Shown piece by piece: positions 36,871 through 44,980 of a DNA stretch of 64,000 nt; the first letter of the stretch is position 1; each line of letters begins with the position of its first letter. The position numbers and the translations under genes are program-made. Origin of the DNA: a virus (Duplodnaviria > Caudoviricetes). The stretch covers positions 1 through 64,000 of IMG/VR virus record IMGVR_UViG_2706795618_000001. One strand, 5' to 3'. Under the pieces are notes generated by a model. That model was not told where the DNA came from and ran no database searches. It saw only the letters and a program-made list of their open reading frames with translations.

Positions 36871-36897
36871 CGGCCCCCACCGGTATGGTGGGGGCCG
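36871..36897 (+). terminator. Cassette 5 terminator-like hairpin
   Basis: CGGCCCCCACC-GGTAT-GGTGGGGGCCG then TT. Confidence 0.7.
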
Positions 36898-36939
36898 TTC
36901 GTCGTACTGGGAGCCTTTATCCACGTTTGGCCTGGTCAC

Positions 36940-36999
36940 TTGTGGCCGGATGTCTAGTGAGCTATAACTGACATCACCGGGCAGGTACCAGACCAGCCC
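36940..36999 (+). promoter_or_regulatory. Cassette promoter and leader, last copy
   Basis: TTGTGG-N17-TATAAC, GTCTAGTGAGC; leader GGGC-A-GGT-ACCAG-ACC-A-GCCC. Confidence 0.8.
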
Positions 37000-37022
37000 A
37001 CAACCCTGAGAGAGGGACCAGC

Positions 37023-38222
37023 ATGTCGAACACCACCCTTCCCCCCGTCCCCACCCGTACGCTGCGCGGCGCGAACATCGCCGATCTGGTCGGCCTGTTG
37101 CAGCTCCAGCACCGCCAGAAGGTGGACGTGGTGGTGCCGGTGTCCACCCTGGCCATGCGCGGTGGCCTGTTGCAGTTCCCGATGCTCGACCCCGTGGTGG
37201 ATGAGAGCGGCGTGACCGACATCGCCGGTCAGTACCGCCGCACCGACACGGTGGACCAGCAGCTGGGCCAGCTGTTCGACATCCCGGTCCGCTACGTGCG
37301 GACGTTGGCCGACAGCTACACCGAGCTGTTGGATACCAACGTCAACATGTGGGCCGAGAAGGAGGGGGAGTCCAGCAAGCCGCGCCGGGTGCTGGTGCGG
37401 ATGCTGTACGGCCAGGACGACGACCACCCCGGCACCAACGGCCTGGTCCGCGCGATCCTTTCGAGCCGGTACGGGATCCGGGACAACCTCGACACCGTGT
37501 TGTCGGTCCTCGACGGTATGCGGGAGGGCGGCCTGGGAGCCGACAACATCCGCGGGGCCGACCTGACCGACGACCGGCTGTGGTTGCGGGTCCACGCCCC
37601 AGAGCTGGCCGTCAACGCGGGCAACCTGGCCAACGGGTACCGGTCGCCGTTCACCGGTCAGGAAGCCAAGGATCTGCCGTTGGTCCACGCCGGCATCATC
37701 GTGGAGAACAGCGAGACAGGTGGCGGGGCGCTGAAGGTGACGCCCGAGCTGATCATGCAGGTGTGCATGAACGGGATGAAGATCAACACCGCCGCGATGC
37801 GCCGGGTCCACCTGGGCACGAAACTCGATGAGGGCCAGATCAAGTGGAGCACCGCGACGGTGGACGCGGCCAACGAGCTGACAAAGCAGCAGATCAAGGA
37901 CGCGGTGTCGAGCTTCATGACCAAGGAGTTCGTGGAATCGACTGTGGCCAAGCTGAACGAGGCCGCGGGGGTGGAGATTGAAGATCCCACCCAAACGGTC
38001 GAGGTGGTGGCCAAGAAGCTGAGCTACAGCGACGAGGTGGCCAAGGGCATCCTGGGCCACTTCATGGCCAGCGTGGTGCCGACCGGAGGTGGTCTGAAGT
38101 ACACGGCCGGTCACATGATGCACGCGGTGACCAGCTACTGCCAGGTGATCGAGGACGTGGACAAGGCCAACGAGGTCGGGGCCACGGGCGTGGAGGCCAT
38201 GCTGATCGCCGCGGGCCGGTAG
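37023..38222 (+). CDS. DUF932-like protein
   Basis: RAILSSRY...DN, GIIVENSETGGG, CMNG, RRVHLG. Confidence 0.6.
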   Translation: MSNTTLPPVPTRTLRGANIADLVGLLQLQHRQKVDVVVPVSTLAMRGGLLQFPMLDPVVDESGVTDIAGQYRRTDTVDQQLGQLFDIPVRYVRTLADSYTELLDTNVNMWAEKEGESSKPRRVLVRMLYGQDDDHPGTNGLVRAILSSRYGIRDNLDTVLSVLDGMREGGLGADNIRGADLTDDRLWLRVHAPELAVNAGNLANGYRSPFTGQEAKDLPLVHAGIIVENSETGGGALKVTPELIMQVCMNGMKINTAAMRRVHLGTKLDEGQIKWSTATVDAANELTKQQIKDAVSSFMTKEFVESTVAKLNEAAGVEIEDPTQTVEVVAKKLSYSDEVAKGILGHFMASVVPTGGGLKYTAGHMMHAVTSYCQVIEDVDKANEVGATGVEAMLIAAGR

Positions 38223-38238
38223 CCCCAGCGCGAAATAC

Positions 38239-38273
38239 GAAGAACCCCCGGGTGATTGACCCGGGGGTTCTTC
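38239..38273. terminator. Bidirectional terminator between cassette 6 and integrase
   Basis: GAAGAACCCCCGGGT-GATTG-ACCCGGGGGTTCTTC, 15-bp perfect stem. Confidence 0.85.
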
Positions 38274-38346
38274 CACCTTTACCCAACACCACCAGCGGGG
38301 GTTAGCGCGCCCACCCGCAGCGTGTTGGTTGGTGATCGTACAGCAG

Positions 38347-39444
38347 CTAGGCCGGTGTCTCGGTGCACGGCGTGACGATGGCCGTCAGGTTGGCCAGCAC
38401 CACGTCGATGTGCTGTTCCACCGGGCCGTCCACGCAGACCACCGGGGGGTCGGCCAGCGGGGACGTGCTGGCCAACATGCCGACCAACACCGGACACATG
38501 AACCCGACACACGCCACCACGGCGGCGATCACCCCCGGAACGCCCTGGGGCCGCCTCCTGGCGCTGTCGGCCGCGGCTTCCATCGCGGCGCGTGTCTCGG
38601 CATCGTCCACGGCGGTGTACCGCTCGGTGACCGCGACGTTGGCGTGGCCCAGGAGCGTCTGCACAGCGCGCAGGTTGCGCGTGCCGCGATAGGCGCGGGT
38701 AGCGAACCTATGACGGAGGGTGTGCATGGTCCACCCGGCAGGCATGGCCTCAGCGACCATCTTGCCGACCCACCTAGGCGATAGGTGGCCGTTGTCGTCG
38801 CCGGGAAACAGGTACCCCTCCTCCCCGTAGGCCGCCATCTCCGGGCTGTGCCCGGGCGCGCCCTGGGCGATCAGGTCGGCCAGCTCGTAGGTGATGGGCA
38901 CGACCCGTTCCCGGTTGCCCTTGCCGTGGATGAGCAGCTGGGGTCCGTCGAACCCCTCGCGGAGGTCGCGAGTGTGGACCACCGCCACCTCGGCGCGCCG
39001 CAGACCCACCTCCCCGGCCAACCGCATCATCAGGGCGACCCGTGGTCCCGCGTCCGTCAGGGCCTTGTCCCAGACGCGATCGGGGGCCGGTCGGGGCGAC
39101 GGTTTGTCCGGTTTGATCGTCGGAAGTTCGGTCGCCGGGTTACTCGTCAGGTAGCCCTCCTTGTGTGCCCAGGCAAAGAATTGGGCGGCGCTGTTGCGAT
39201 ACCCTCGGCGCGTTTCTATACGCCACTGTGACTGGCTAGCAAACCATCGCTTAAGTGAATCGCTGGTAACGGAATTGGGATCGTGGCTAAGTTCGCGCGA
39301 CATCCGGCGAACATGATTAAGCCTCGTGGTAATGGTGCTCTGAGGCCGCCCCGCGGCGCGCAATTCCGCTGTGTAGCCGTCGATTAGAGGCACCCACCGG
39401 TGAGGCACCGGGGTGGGGGCTGGCCCACTTTTGGGCCGTGTCAT
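38347..39444 (-). CDS. int: Tyrosine integrase with hydrophobic C-terminal extension
   Basis: Catalytic set LRRAEVA, GKG, HTLRHRFAT, LLGHA, TERY; no obvious N-terminal arm-binding domain; start taken at MTRPKS. Confidence 0.92.
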   Translation of the reverse strand: MTRPKSGPAPTPVPHRWVPLIDGYTAELRAAGRPQSTITTRLNHVRRMSRELSHDPNSVTSDSLKRWFASQSQWRIETRRGYRNSAAQFFAWAHKEGYLTSNPATELPTIKPDKPSPRPAPDRVWDKALTDAGPRVALMMRLAGEVGLRRAEVAVVHTRDLREGFDGPQLLIHGKGNRERVVPITYELADLIAQGAPGHSPEMAAYGEEGYLFPGDDNGHLSPRWVGKMVAEAMPAGWTMHTLRHRFATRAYRGTRNLRAVQTLLGHANVAVTERYTAVDDAETRAAMEAAADSARRRPQGVPGVIAAVVACVGFMCPVLVGMLASTSPLADPPVVCVDGPVEQHIDVVLANLTAIVTPCTETPA

Positions 39445-39575
39445 GGGTATCACAGCGGCAAGATTAGGCCCACTTACGTTTCCGTAGAAATTAGCTTCAA
39501 GATCGTTACCGTACCGTGACGAAACACGCTGTGGCAAAGGTAATCCCACGTCAGGCGGGGTGCTATGGGCGGCAG

Positions 39576-39965
39576 TCACGCTGCGTCGCAATCGCTTTGC
39601 TGAGATTGCCCGTCCGGGGCACCAGCTACCGAAGACACCAAGCTCAGCTTGGGTCGAGTCACGAAACAGAAGGTTAGGGGTTCGAATCCCTTCGGGCGCA
39701 CCGCATCATCGGCGGGTGGGGGTTCCCACCCGCCGATTCCCTTTTCTAGCCAACTAACGGGCACCCCGCAGGCCAACGCCCAGGCGTTGAGAACCACTTT
39801 GCGGGGATTCGTCATTCCACGCTCGGCGTTGGACACCACATGCCGAGACACACCCATCAGCTCGGCCAGCTGCTGCTGGTCGAGGTCTGCTTCCTCGCGC
39901 GCGATGCGCAGCCGGTACTTCAGGCGTGACGGGGGGATAGTCCCCTGTTCGTATGCGCTTGTCAT
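39576..39965 (-). CDS. Immunity repressor (XRE HTH), phage form ending in DAA
   Basis: LRIAREEADLDQQQLAELMGVSRHVVSNAERG; crosses attP as VRPKGFEPLTF. Confidence 0.9.
   Translation of the reverse strand: MTSAYEQGTIPPSRLKYRLRIAREEADLDQQQLAELMGVSRHVVSNAERGMTNPRKVVLNAWALACGVPVSWLEKGIGGWEPPPADDAVRPKGFEPLTFCFVTRPKLSLVSSVAGAPDGQSQQSDCDAA
39667..39702 (+). other. attP core: 3' half of a tRNA-Arg(ACG)-like gene, inside the repressor ORF
   Basis: CAGAAGGTTAGGGGTTCGAATCCCTTCGGGCGCACC has a T arm and 3' acceptor strand but no 5' half; next to integrase. Confidence 0.85.
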
Positions 39966-39992
39966 GTCGCGTACTTTAACGCGCTTTCGCGC

Positions 39993-40137
39993 GGCTTAGC
40001 AATTGTTCTAAGCCAAGTCACACGCCATAGATACCGCCTCAATTAGCTGCAACCAGCAAACTCCACACCACACGGCACAGGCCGCGACCACAGCAAAGGT
40101 CGCGGCCTGTGGTGTTTTCGCGTGTACACGCGAAAAC
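39993..40137. promoter_or_regulatory. Switch region with three inverted repeats
   Basis: GGCTTAG-N8-CTAAGCC (39993-40014); 14-bp stem (40076-40111); 24-bp palindrome GTTTTCGCGTGTACACGCGAAAAC (40114-40137). Confidence 0.7.
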
Positions 40138-40189
40138 GCGGAGTGTCGCACTTGCGGGCCTATGCGAATATGCGTAAAGATCCGTGCCT

Positions 40190-40414
40190 ATGACCGACAC
40201 CACAGCAACAACCAGTGACCCGCCCGAGCCCGAACTGACAGCCCGCCAAGCGGCCGCGGAGTTCGGTGTTCCGCAACGTGTTTTCCAGTACGCCGCCCAG
40301 CGCGGACTGATCCCCAACCGCCGCGTCGGCAACGCCTACCTGCTCAACCGCTCGGGATGTGCCGCGTACGCCACGGCCTACCGATCCCGTCGGCGCGACC
40401 GGGCAGCCTCATGA
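40190..40414 (+). CDS. Cro/excisionase-like HTH protein
   Basis: LTARQAAAEFGVPQR..QY....GLIP..RVGNAYLL; divergent from repressor. Confidence 0.75.
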   Translation: MTDTTATTSDPPEPELTARQAAAEFGVPQRVFQYAAQRGLIPNRRVGNAYLLNRSGCAAYATAYRSRRRDRAAS

Positions 40415-40809
40415 CCGGCCGGCACCGCGGCAAACGGCTTTCCGACCGCACCAAGGACCGCCTGGCCGTCCTGCTGCTACTGATGACCAGCCTGGGGCTG
40501 GGAGCCGTGTGGCACTACGCCGGTCAGGCCAGCGCACTGACCGCCGCAATGGTCGTCACGGTCGAGACCGGATGGACCGACTGTGCCGACCTGACGGCCC
40601 CCGACATGCACAACCAGGACCAGGTGGTCACCGCCCTGGTGTGCGATCCCCCGGGCCCGCCCGTCACCTACGTGGTGCACCCCGGCCAGATGTACGGCGC
40701 GGCCGTCTTTTCCCCCGGTAACCCCGTGTTCTGCCGCGTCGTGATCAGCGGCCGAGAGGACACGTTCCAAGCGGCCATTGGTGCCGCGAATTGCCTGGCC
40801 CGCTTCTAG
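40411..40809 (+). CDS. Membrane-anchored protein with Cys-containing ectodomain
   Basis: Basic N-terminus, LAVLLLLMTSLGLGAVW helix, four Cys; ATGA overlap. Confidence 0.65.
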   Translation: MTGRHRGKRLSDRTKDRLAVLLLLMTSLGLGAVWHYAGQASALTAAMVVTVETGWTDCADLTAPDMHNQDQVVTALVCDPPGPPVTYVVHPGQMYGAAVFSPGNPVFCRVVISGREDTFQAAIGAANCLARF

Positions 40810-40858
40810 CGGCTCCAGCACCTCACCCAACCCAGTACCACCCAAGGAGCACCACCCA

Positions 40859-41473
40859 ATGTCGAAACACCTGGTCGTGGTGGATGTCGAATCCACCGGC
40901 CTCGTTGCCGAACGTCACGTGCCGCTTGAAGTTGCGGCCATCAACGTGACGACGGGCGAGGAGTTGTATTTCGTCCCGTTCCTCCACCCCGAGGATCTGG
41001 CCAACGCCGAACCCGAGGCCATGCAGCTCAACCGGTACTTCGAGCGCGGGGTGTGGCGTCTCGCGCTACCCCAGGCTGAGACCGAGACCCGCTACCGCCA
41101 GCTGTTCGACATGTTGTCGGGCAACACATTCGGCGGGGCCAACGCGCGGTTCGACGCCGAGATGGTCCGGTACGGCTACGCCCGCGCCCGGCAGGGCGTG
41201 CAGGTCAACCGCTCCATGTCGTCGCTGATGGTGCCCGACGAGACGTGGCACCACCGGCTGTCGGAGGTCCAGTCGTACTACTGCGGCGTCATGGGGACCG
41301 ACCCCGCCGAGCCGCCCAGCCTGATCGCCATCACCGAGCAGCTGGGGCTCATGTACCCGGAGGACCAGCAGCACAGCGCACTGGCCGATGCCCGCGTCAC
41401 CGCTGAGGCCTATCGCCGCTTGAAGACCAGCCGCACCGCAACCCCCGACGTAAACGAGGAGCCCAAGTTCTGA
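40859..41473 (+). CDS. DnaQ-like (DEDDh) 3'-5' exonuclease
   Basis: VVVDVESTGL, GANARFD, HSALADA. Confidence 0.9.
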   Translation: MSKHLVVVDVESTGLVAERHVPLEVAAINVTTGEELYFVPFLHPEDLANAEPEAMQLNRYFERGVWRLALPQAETETRYRQLFDMLSGNTFGGANARFDAEMVRYGYARARQGVQVNRSMSSLMVPDETWHHRLSEVQSYYCGVMGTDPAEPPSLIAITEQLGLMYPEDQQHSALADARVTAEAYRRLKTSRTATPDVNEEPKF

Positions 41474-41832
41474 TGTCCAACTTCCGCCAGATGATCGCCG
41501 ACGCCGCCGACCGCATCCGCGAGGAGGAGCAGCGCCCGATCAGCACCGACCAGCCGACCGACGACAAGCGCGAGACGTACAGCCTTTCCAACGCAACGCT
41601 TTACGGCCTGCAGCTGATGGGCCACGTGTATGGCGGGACCGTGCCCCCGGAGGTTGTGGCCAAGCGGCGCGCCAAGAACCGCCACGCGCGGCGCGCCCGG
41701 CGCGGTAACACCGCGGCCATCCGTCGCCAGGCCCGGAGTAACCGAGTGGCCAACCGGTTCAACCGGTTTGGCTACGCCCACAACATGAACCCGCTGGGCC
41801 GGGTGATCGAGGCCGAGGTGGTGGACGAGTGA
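41473..41832 (+). CDS. Hypothetical protein with Arg-rich segment
   Basis: TGATG overlap; KRRAKNRHARRARR. Confidence 0.65.
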   Translation: MSNFRQMIADAADRIREEEQRPISTDQPTDDKRETYSLSNATLYGLQLMGHVYGGTVPPEVVAKRRAKNRHARRARRGNTAAIRRQARSNRVANRFNRFGYAHNMNPLGRVIEAEVVDE

Positions 41833-42065
41833 TCGTCGCCGCGCTGGGGCTGGCCGCCGCGCTGCTGGTGATCGGTCTGAAAGCACAGGAGCCCGTCGTG
41901 ATTGCGATGGGTGGCGTTCTGGTGTTGGTGGCCATCTACTGGGCCGTGCGCGACGAGATCGCGTGCCGGGGTGAGACGTTCGGGGCCTGTGGCGTCCGGG
42001 GGTGCCGTCGTTGCCGTCCCCTGTTCGACCGTGACAACCGCCATATTCCGGGGTCGGACCGATGA
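41829..42065 (+). CDS. Small membrane protein
   Basis: Two hydrophobic helices, Cys-rich tail. Confidence 0.6.
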   Translation: MIVAALGLAAALLVIGLKAQEPVVIAMGGVLVLVAIYWAVRDEIACRGETFGACGVRGCRRCRPLFDRDNRHIPGSDR

Positions 42066-42352
42066 GCAAGCATCTGGTGGTCGAGGAGTTCGACCGCTCC
42101 ATCCTGCTCGACATCTGGCTGGATGGGTTCACGTCCGGCCTGACCACGGCAGCCAAGGACATCGCCAAATGCAGTGACGAAATGGCCGACAAGTTCGCCG
42201 ATGACATCGCTCTGGCCGTCAAGAATGACCCGGCCTCAATGGAAATGGTGCGCCGTGAGGTGTTGGAGCGCGTAACGGGCCTCTTCGACCCGAACAGGGG
42301 AACGCGGGAACTTGGGATCGAGCGGGGGCCGGAGCGGGGGCCGGAGCGATGA
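42062..42352 (+). CDS. Hypothetical protein
   Basis: ATGA overlaps at both ends. Confidence 0.65.
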   Translation: MSKHLVVEEFDRSILLDIWLDGFTSGLTTAAKDIAKCSDEMADKFADDIALAVKNDPASMEMVRREVLERVTGLFDPNRGTRELGIERGPERGPER

Positions 42353-43125
42353 CCACCGCGTGCAGCAAGTGCCGTCAGCGGCCCGCCACGGGTGGGCGTG
42401 GGCTGTGTGAGAACTGCTGGGCTGTCAACCGACGCAAGCTGATGGCGTACGGGCGTTGGGATCCTGACCAGCTGGACCCCACGCCGACCCGGCAGCATCT
42501 TGCTGCGCTCCAGCAGTGGGGTATGGGCACCCGTCGTCTGCAGGAGCTGACGGGGCTGTCACGTCCCACGCTGCAGGGGATTCCCGACGCCGCGTGGGTG
42601 ACGCGCAAGACGGAGGCCGCACTGCTGGCGGTTCCCATCCCCACCACGGTGTTCGACCCCGTGCTGGCCGACGGCACGCAGATCAGCAGCGTGGGGTCAC
42701 GTCGCCGACTGTGCGCGCTGTCGGCCATCGGGTGGAGCGGTGAAGCGCTGGCCGAGCAGCTGGGTGTGATGCGACACCGGGTCCAGGCCATCACCAGCGG
42801 ACGGCAACCCAAGGTCACCGTGGCGCGGGCGCGCGACATCGCCCACCTGTTCAACCGGCTGCAGTTGACCGAGGGGCCGAGCCGCAAGGCGCGCCGGGTG
42901 GCCCAGCTCAAGGGGTGGCCGCTGCCGCTGCAGTGGGACGAGGACCGTCTGGACGACCCGAGGGCCAAGCCCCACAAGCGTCGGGGGCCGAAGGGCAGCG
43001 CGGAGGACCGGATCACCGAGCTGTACGAGCTGGGTATCCGCGACACCGAGGCGATGGCCGAGCGGTTGGGGATCAAACCGGAATCGGTTGTGCGCCAGAT
43101 TAACCGGATGAGGGCCGCGTCATGA
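42349..43125 (+). CDS. Multi-HTH DNA-binding protein with N-terminal Zn finger
   Basis: CSKC...CENC; GMGTRRLQELTGLS; IGWSGEALAEQLG; AERLGIKPESVVRQ. Confidence 0.75.
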   Translation: MTTACSKCRQRPATGGRGLCENCWAVNRRKLMAYGRWDPDQLDPTPTRQHLAALQQWGMGTRRLQELTGLSRPTLQGIPDAAWVTRKTEAALLAVPIPTTVFDPVLADGTQISSVGSRRRLCALSAIGWSGEALAEQLGVMRHRVQAITSGRQPKVTVARARDIAHLFNRLQLTEGPSRKARRVAQLKGWPLPLQWDEDRLDDPRAKPHKRRGPKGSAEDRITELYELGIRDTEAMAERLGIKPESVVRQINRMRAAS

Positions 43126-43274
43126 GGCCGTCGAATCCGTTGGTGCTGTTCACGTTCATCTGCGTGCAGTGCGACGACACGTTCCAGTGCAACCGACCGG
43201 TGGCCATCTGCCTCAAGTGTGCCCGCGAATGCGGGATCGAACAGGACCACTACAGCCACGGAGGTGTCGCGTGA
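43122..43274 (+). CDS. Small Cys-rich protein
   Basis: ATGA/GTGA overlaps; CVQC...CLKC. Confidence 0.55.
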   Translation: MRPSNPLVLFTFICVQCDDTFQCNRPVAICLKCARECGIEQDHYSHGGVA

Positions 43275-43468
43275 GCAGGGCAAAACCAGTACCGGGCAAG
43301 GTGACGGCCAAGCAGACCCGCGACGGGTGGATGTGGCGGTGGGAGTCGCCGCTGGGGACACCGCATCTGGGTGCCGACCGCCACGAGACGGAGGCCAAAG
43401 CGCTGGCCGCCGGCCGTCGGTTCGCGCGTAAGCAGACCAGCCGCCGACCCGTCGAGGACGACCAGTGA
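43271..43468 (+). CDS. Hypothetical protein
   Basis: GTGA overlaps at both ends. Confidence 0.55.
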   Translation: MSRAKPVPGKVTAKQTRDGWMWRWESPLGTPHLGADRHETEAKALAAGRRFARKQTSRRPVEDDQ

Positions 43469-43635
43469 CGCCCCGGCTGTGCCCCGTGTGCTGGCAGGGC
43501 GTCACCGCCACACCCGTGGCGCATCAGGTGCATGTCCACCTCGACAAAGCGGGGGCCAAGTGTCCGATGTCGGGCCACAACTTCTGGCTGTGCTACCCCG
43601 CGGCCAACGATCCCAAGCTGCGGGGTGCCGCGTGA
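43465..43635 (+). CDS. Small Zn-finger protein
   Basis: CPVC...HLDKAGAKCPMSG; GTGA overlaps. Confidence 0.6.
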   Translation: MTPRLCPVCWQGVTATPVAHQVHVHLDKAGAKCPMSGHNFWLCYPAANDPKLRGAA

Positions 43636-43982
43636 CGGATCAGCCGATGTCGGCCGATGGCTTGGCGTGGAACGAGGCGTTGACGCGCAACGCCATCAAG
43701 TCGGGCCGGTCAATGGGGCTGTGTGAGTGGCACGGCGACCATCCCGCGACCGACATGCACCACCGTCGCAACGCCAGCCAGGGCGGTAAGTGGCACCCGG
43801 CCAACATCATCCACATCTGCCGGGAGCTGCATCACGAAATCACGGTCAACCCCGAGTGGGCACATTCCGTGGGCCTGACGCTGTGGAACGGCGAGAACCC
43901 GGCCGATACCCCGGTCCAGCTGGGCAGCTTCCACATGTGGCTGACCGACGCGCTGATCGCCAAAGCGGGCCAAAACGCATGA
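43632..43982 (+). CDS. HNH endonuclease-like protein
   Basis: GLCEW, ATDMHHRR..SQGG.W..ANIIHICR..HH. Confidence 0.75.
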   Translation: MTDQPMSADGLAWNEALTRNAIKSGRSMGLCEWHGDHPATDMHHRRNASQGGKWHPANIIHICRELHHEITVNPEWAHSVGLTLWNGENPADTPVQLGSFHMWLTDALIAKAGQNA

Positions 43983-44026
43983 GCACCAACACCTTTTAAC
44001 CCACCACCACTGAAGGAGATATTGCG

Positions 44027-44980
44027 ATGAGTCAACCAGCGCCGATGATCGACGGCGACCACATGGAGGTGATCGCGCCGCGGGTCACGTACAACACGGT
44101 GGCGGTGTCATCACTGCTGGCCCAGAAGTGGATCGACCAGCACAACACCCGCAACCGGCCGGTCAACGAGCGCGCGGTGATGCGCTACCAGAACGACATG
44201 GAGTCGGGCCGTTGGGCTTTCGCAGCTGACCCCATCCGGTTCGACCGCGACGGCGTGCTGCTCGACGGCCAGCACCGGCTGATCGCCCTGGCCAACTGCG
44301 TACCCGCCATGACGATTCCGTTCCTGGTGGTGCGCGGTCTGGACCCCGAGGCCCAGGCCGCGATGGACCAGGGACACAAGCGCACCACCGGCCAGCAGCT
44401 GGCACTGCACCGTGTAGCCAACAGCAACCACGTCGCCTCTGCAGCGTTCCAGCACCTGGTGTGGGAGCGGGGGTTGCTGTTCACCGACGGCAAGGTGCAG
44501 CGCGGGCAGGTGACCACTGCGGTGGTGCTGGATTGGGTTCTGGAGAACGAGGACATCGTGACCCAGTTCAACGCCATGACCACGATGATTCGGCGCTGCG
44601 GTGCCCGACCGGGCGTGATGGGCGGGTTCGTCGTGTCGGCCCTGACCCGGGTGGATCACCGGGCGGTCGCGTCGTTCATCACCCTGCTGGACAAGCTGTC
44701 GAATCTTGGTGAGGGCCACCCGATCCTGGCGCTCAGCCACCGATTCATGCGGGCCAAGCGCGACGGGCTGAAGTTCTCCGACCGTGACCAGCTGGGGGTG
44801 ACGGTGGCGGCGTGGAACCACTGGATGAACGGCCGGACAGTCAGCAAGCTGCAGGCCCCCAAGGGTGGGTGGTCGCGCGACAACTTCCCGGCAATCGAAC
44901 CGCCGGGCAAGAAGTTCGACTACGCCGAGTGTGAGCGCGGCTACGACATGTTCCTGGCCACCATCGGTGGTGCCCGATGA
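44027..44980 (+). CDS. ParB/DGQHR-like domain protein
   Basis: RNRPV...V.RY..DM..GRW, FDRDGVLLDGQHRL; AAGGAG RBS. Confidence 0.7.
   Translation: MSQPAPMIDGDHMEVIAPRVTYNTVAVSSLLAQKWIDQHNTRNRPVNERAVMRYQNDMESGRWAFAADPIRFDRDGVLLDGQHRLIALANCVPAMTIPFLVVRGLDPEAQAAMDQGHKRTTGQQLALHRVANSNHVASAAFQHLVWERGLLFTDGKVQRGQVTTAVVLDWVLENEDIVTQFNAMTTMIRRCGARPGVMGGFVVSALTRVDHRAVASFITLLDKLSNLGEGHPILALSHRFMRAKRDGLKFSDRDQLGVTVAAWNHWMNGRTVSKLQAPKGGWSRDNFPAIEPPGKKFDYAECERGYDMFLATIGGAR

Noticed and set aside
32984-37000. Repeated motif as a CRISPR array
   Set aside because: Repeats are 0.35-1.4 kb apart, separated by whole genes, shaped like promoters, and no cas gene is present
39445-39591. Longer integrase start given in the ORF track
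   Set aside because: It overlaps the repressor end and adds a non-homologous-looking leader; MTRPKS at 39444 fits better, though unproven
39655-39705. Second tRNA gene
   Set aside because: Only the T arm and 3' acceptor strand are present; it fits an attP core
42322-42348. GAGCGGGGGCCG tandem repeat (ERGPERGPER)
   Set aside because: Two short GC-rich copies at a gene end; likely slippage with no further support
44027-44980. Dnd phosphorothioation system based on DGQHR
   Set aside because: No DndA, C, D or E-like genes nearby; the motif is widespread in ParB-like proteins
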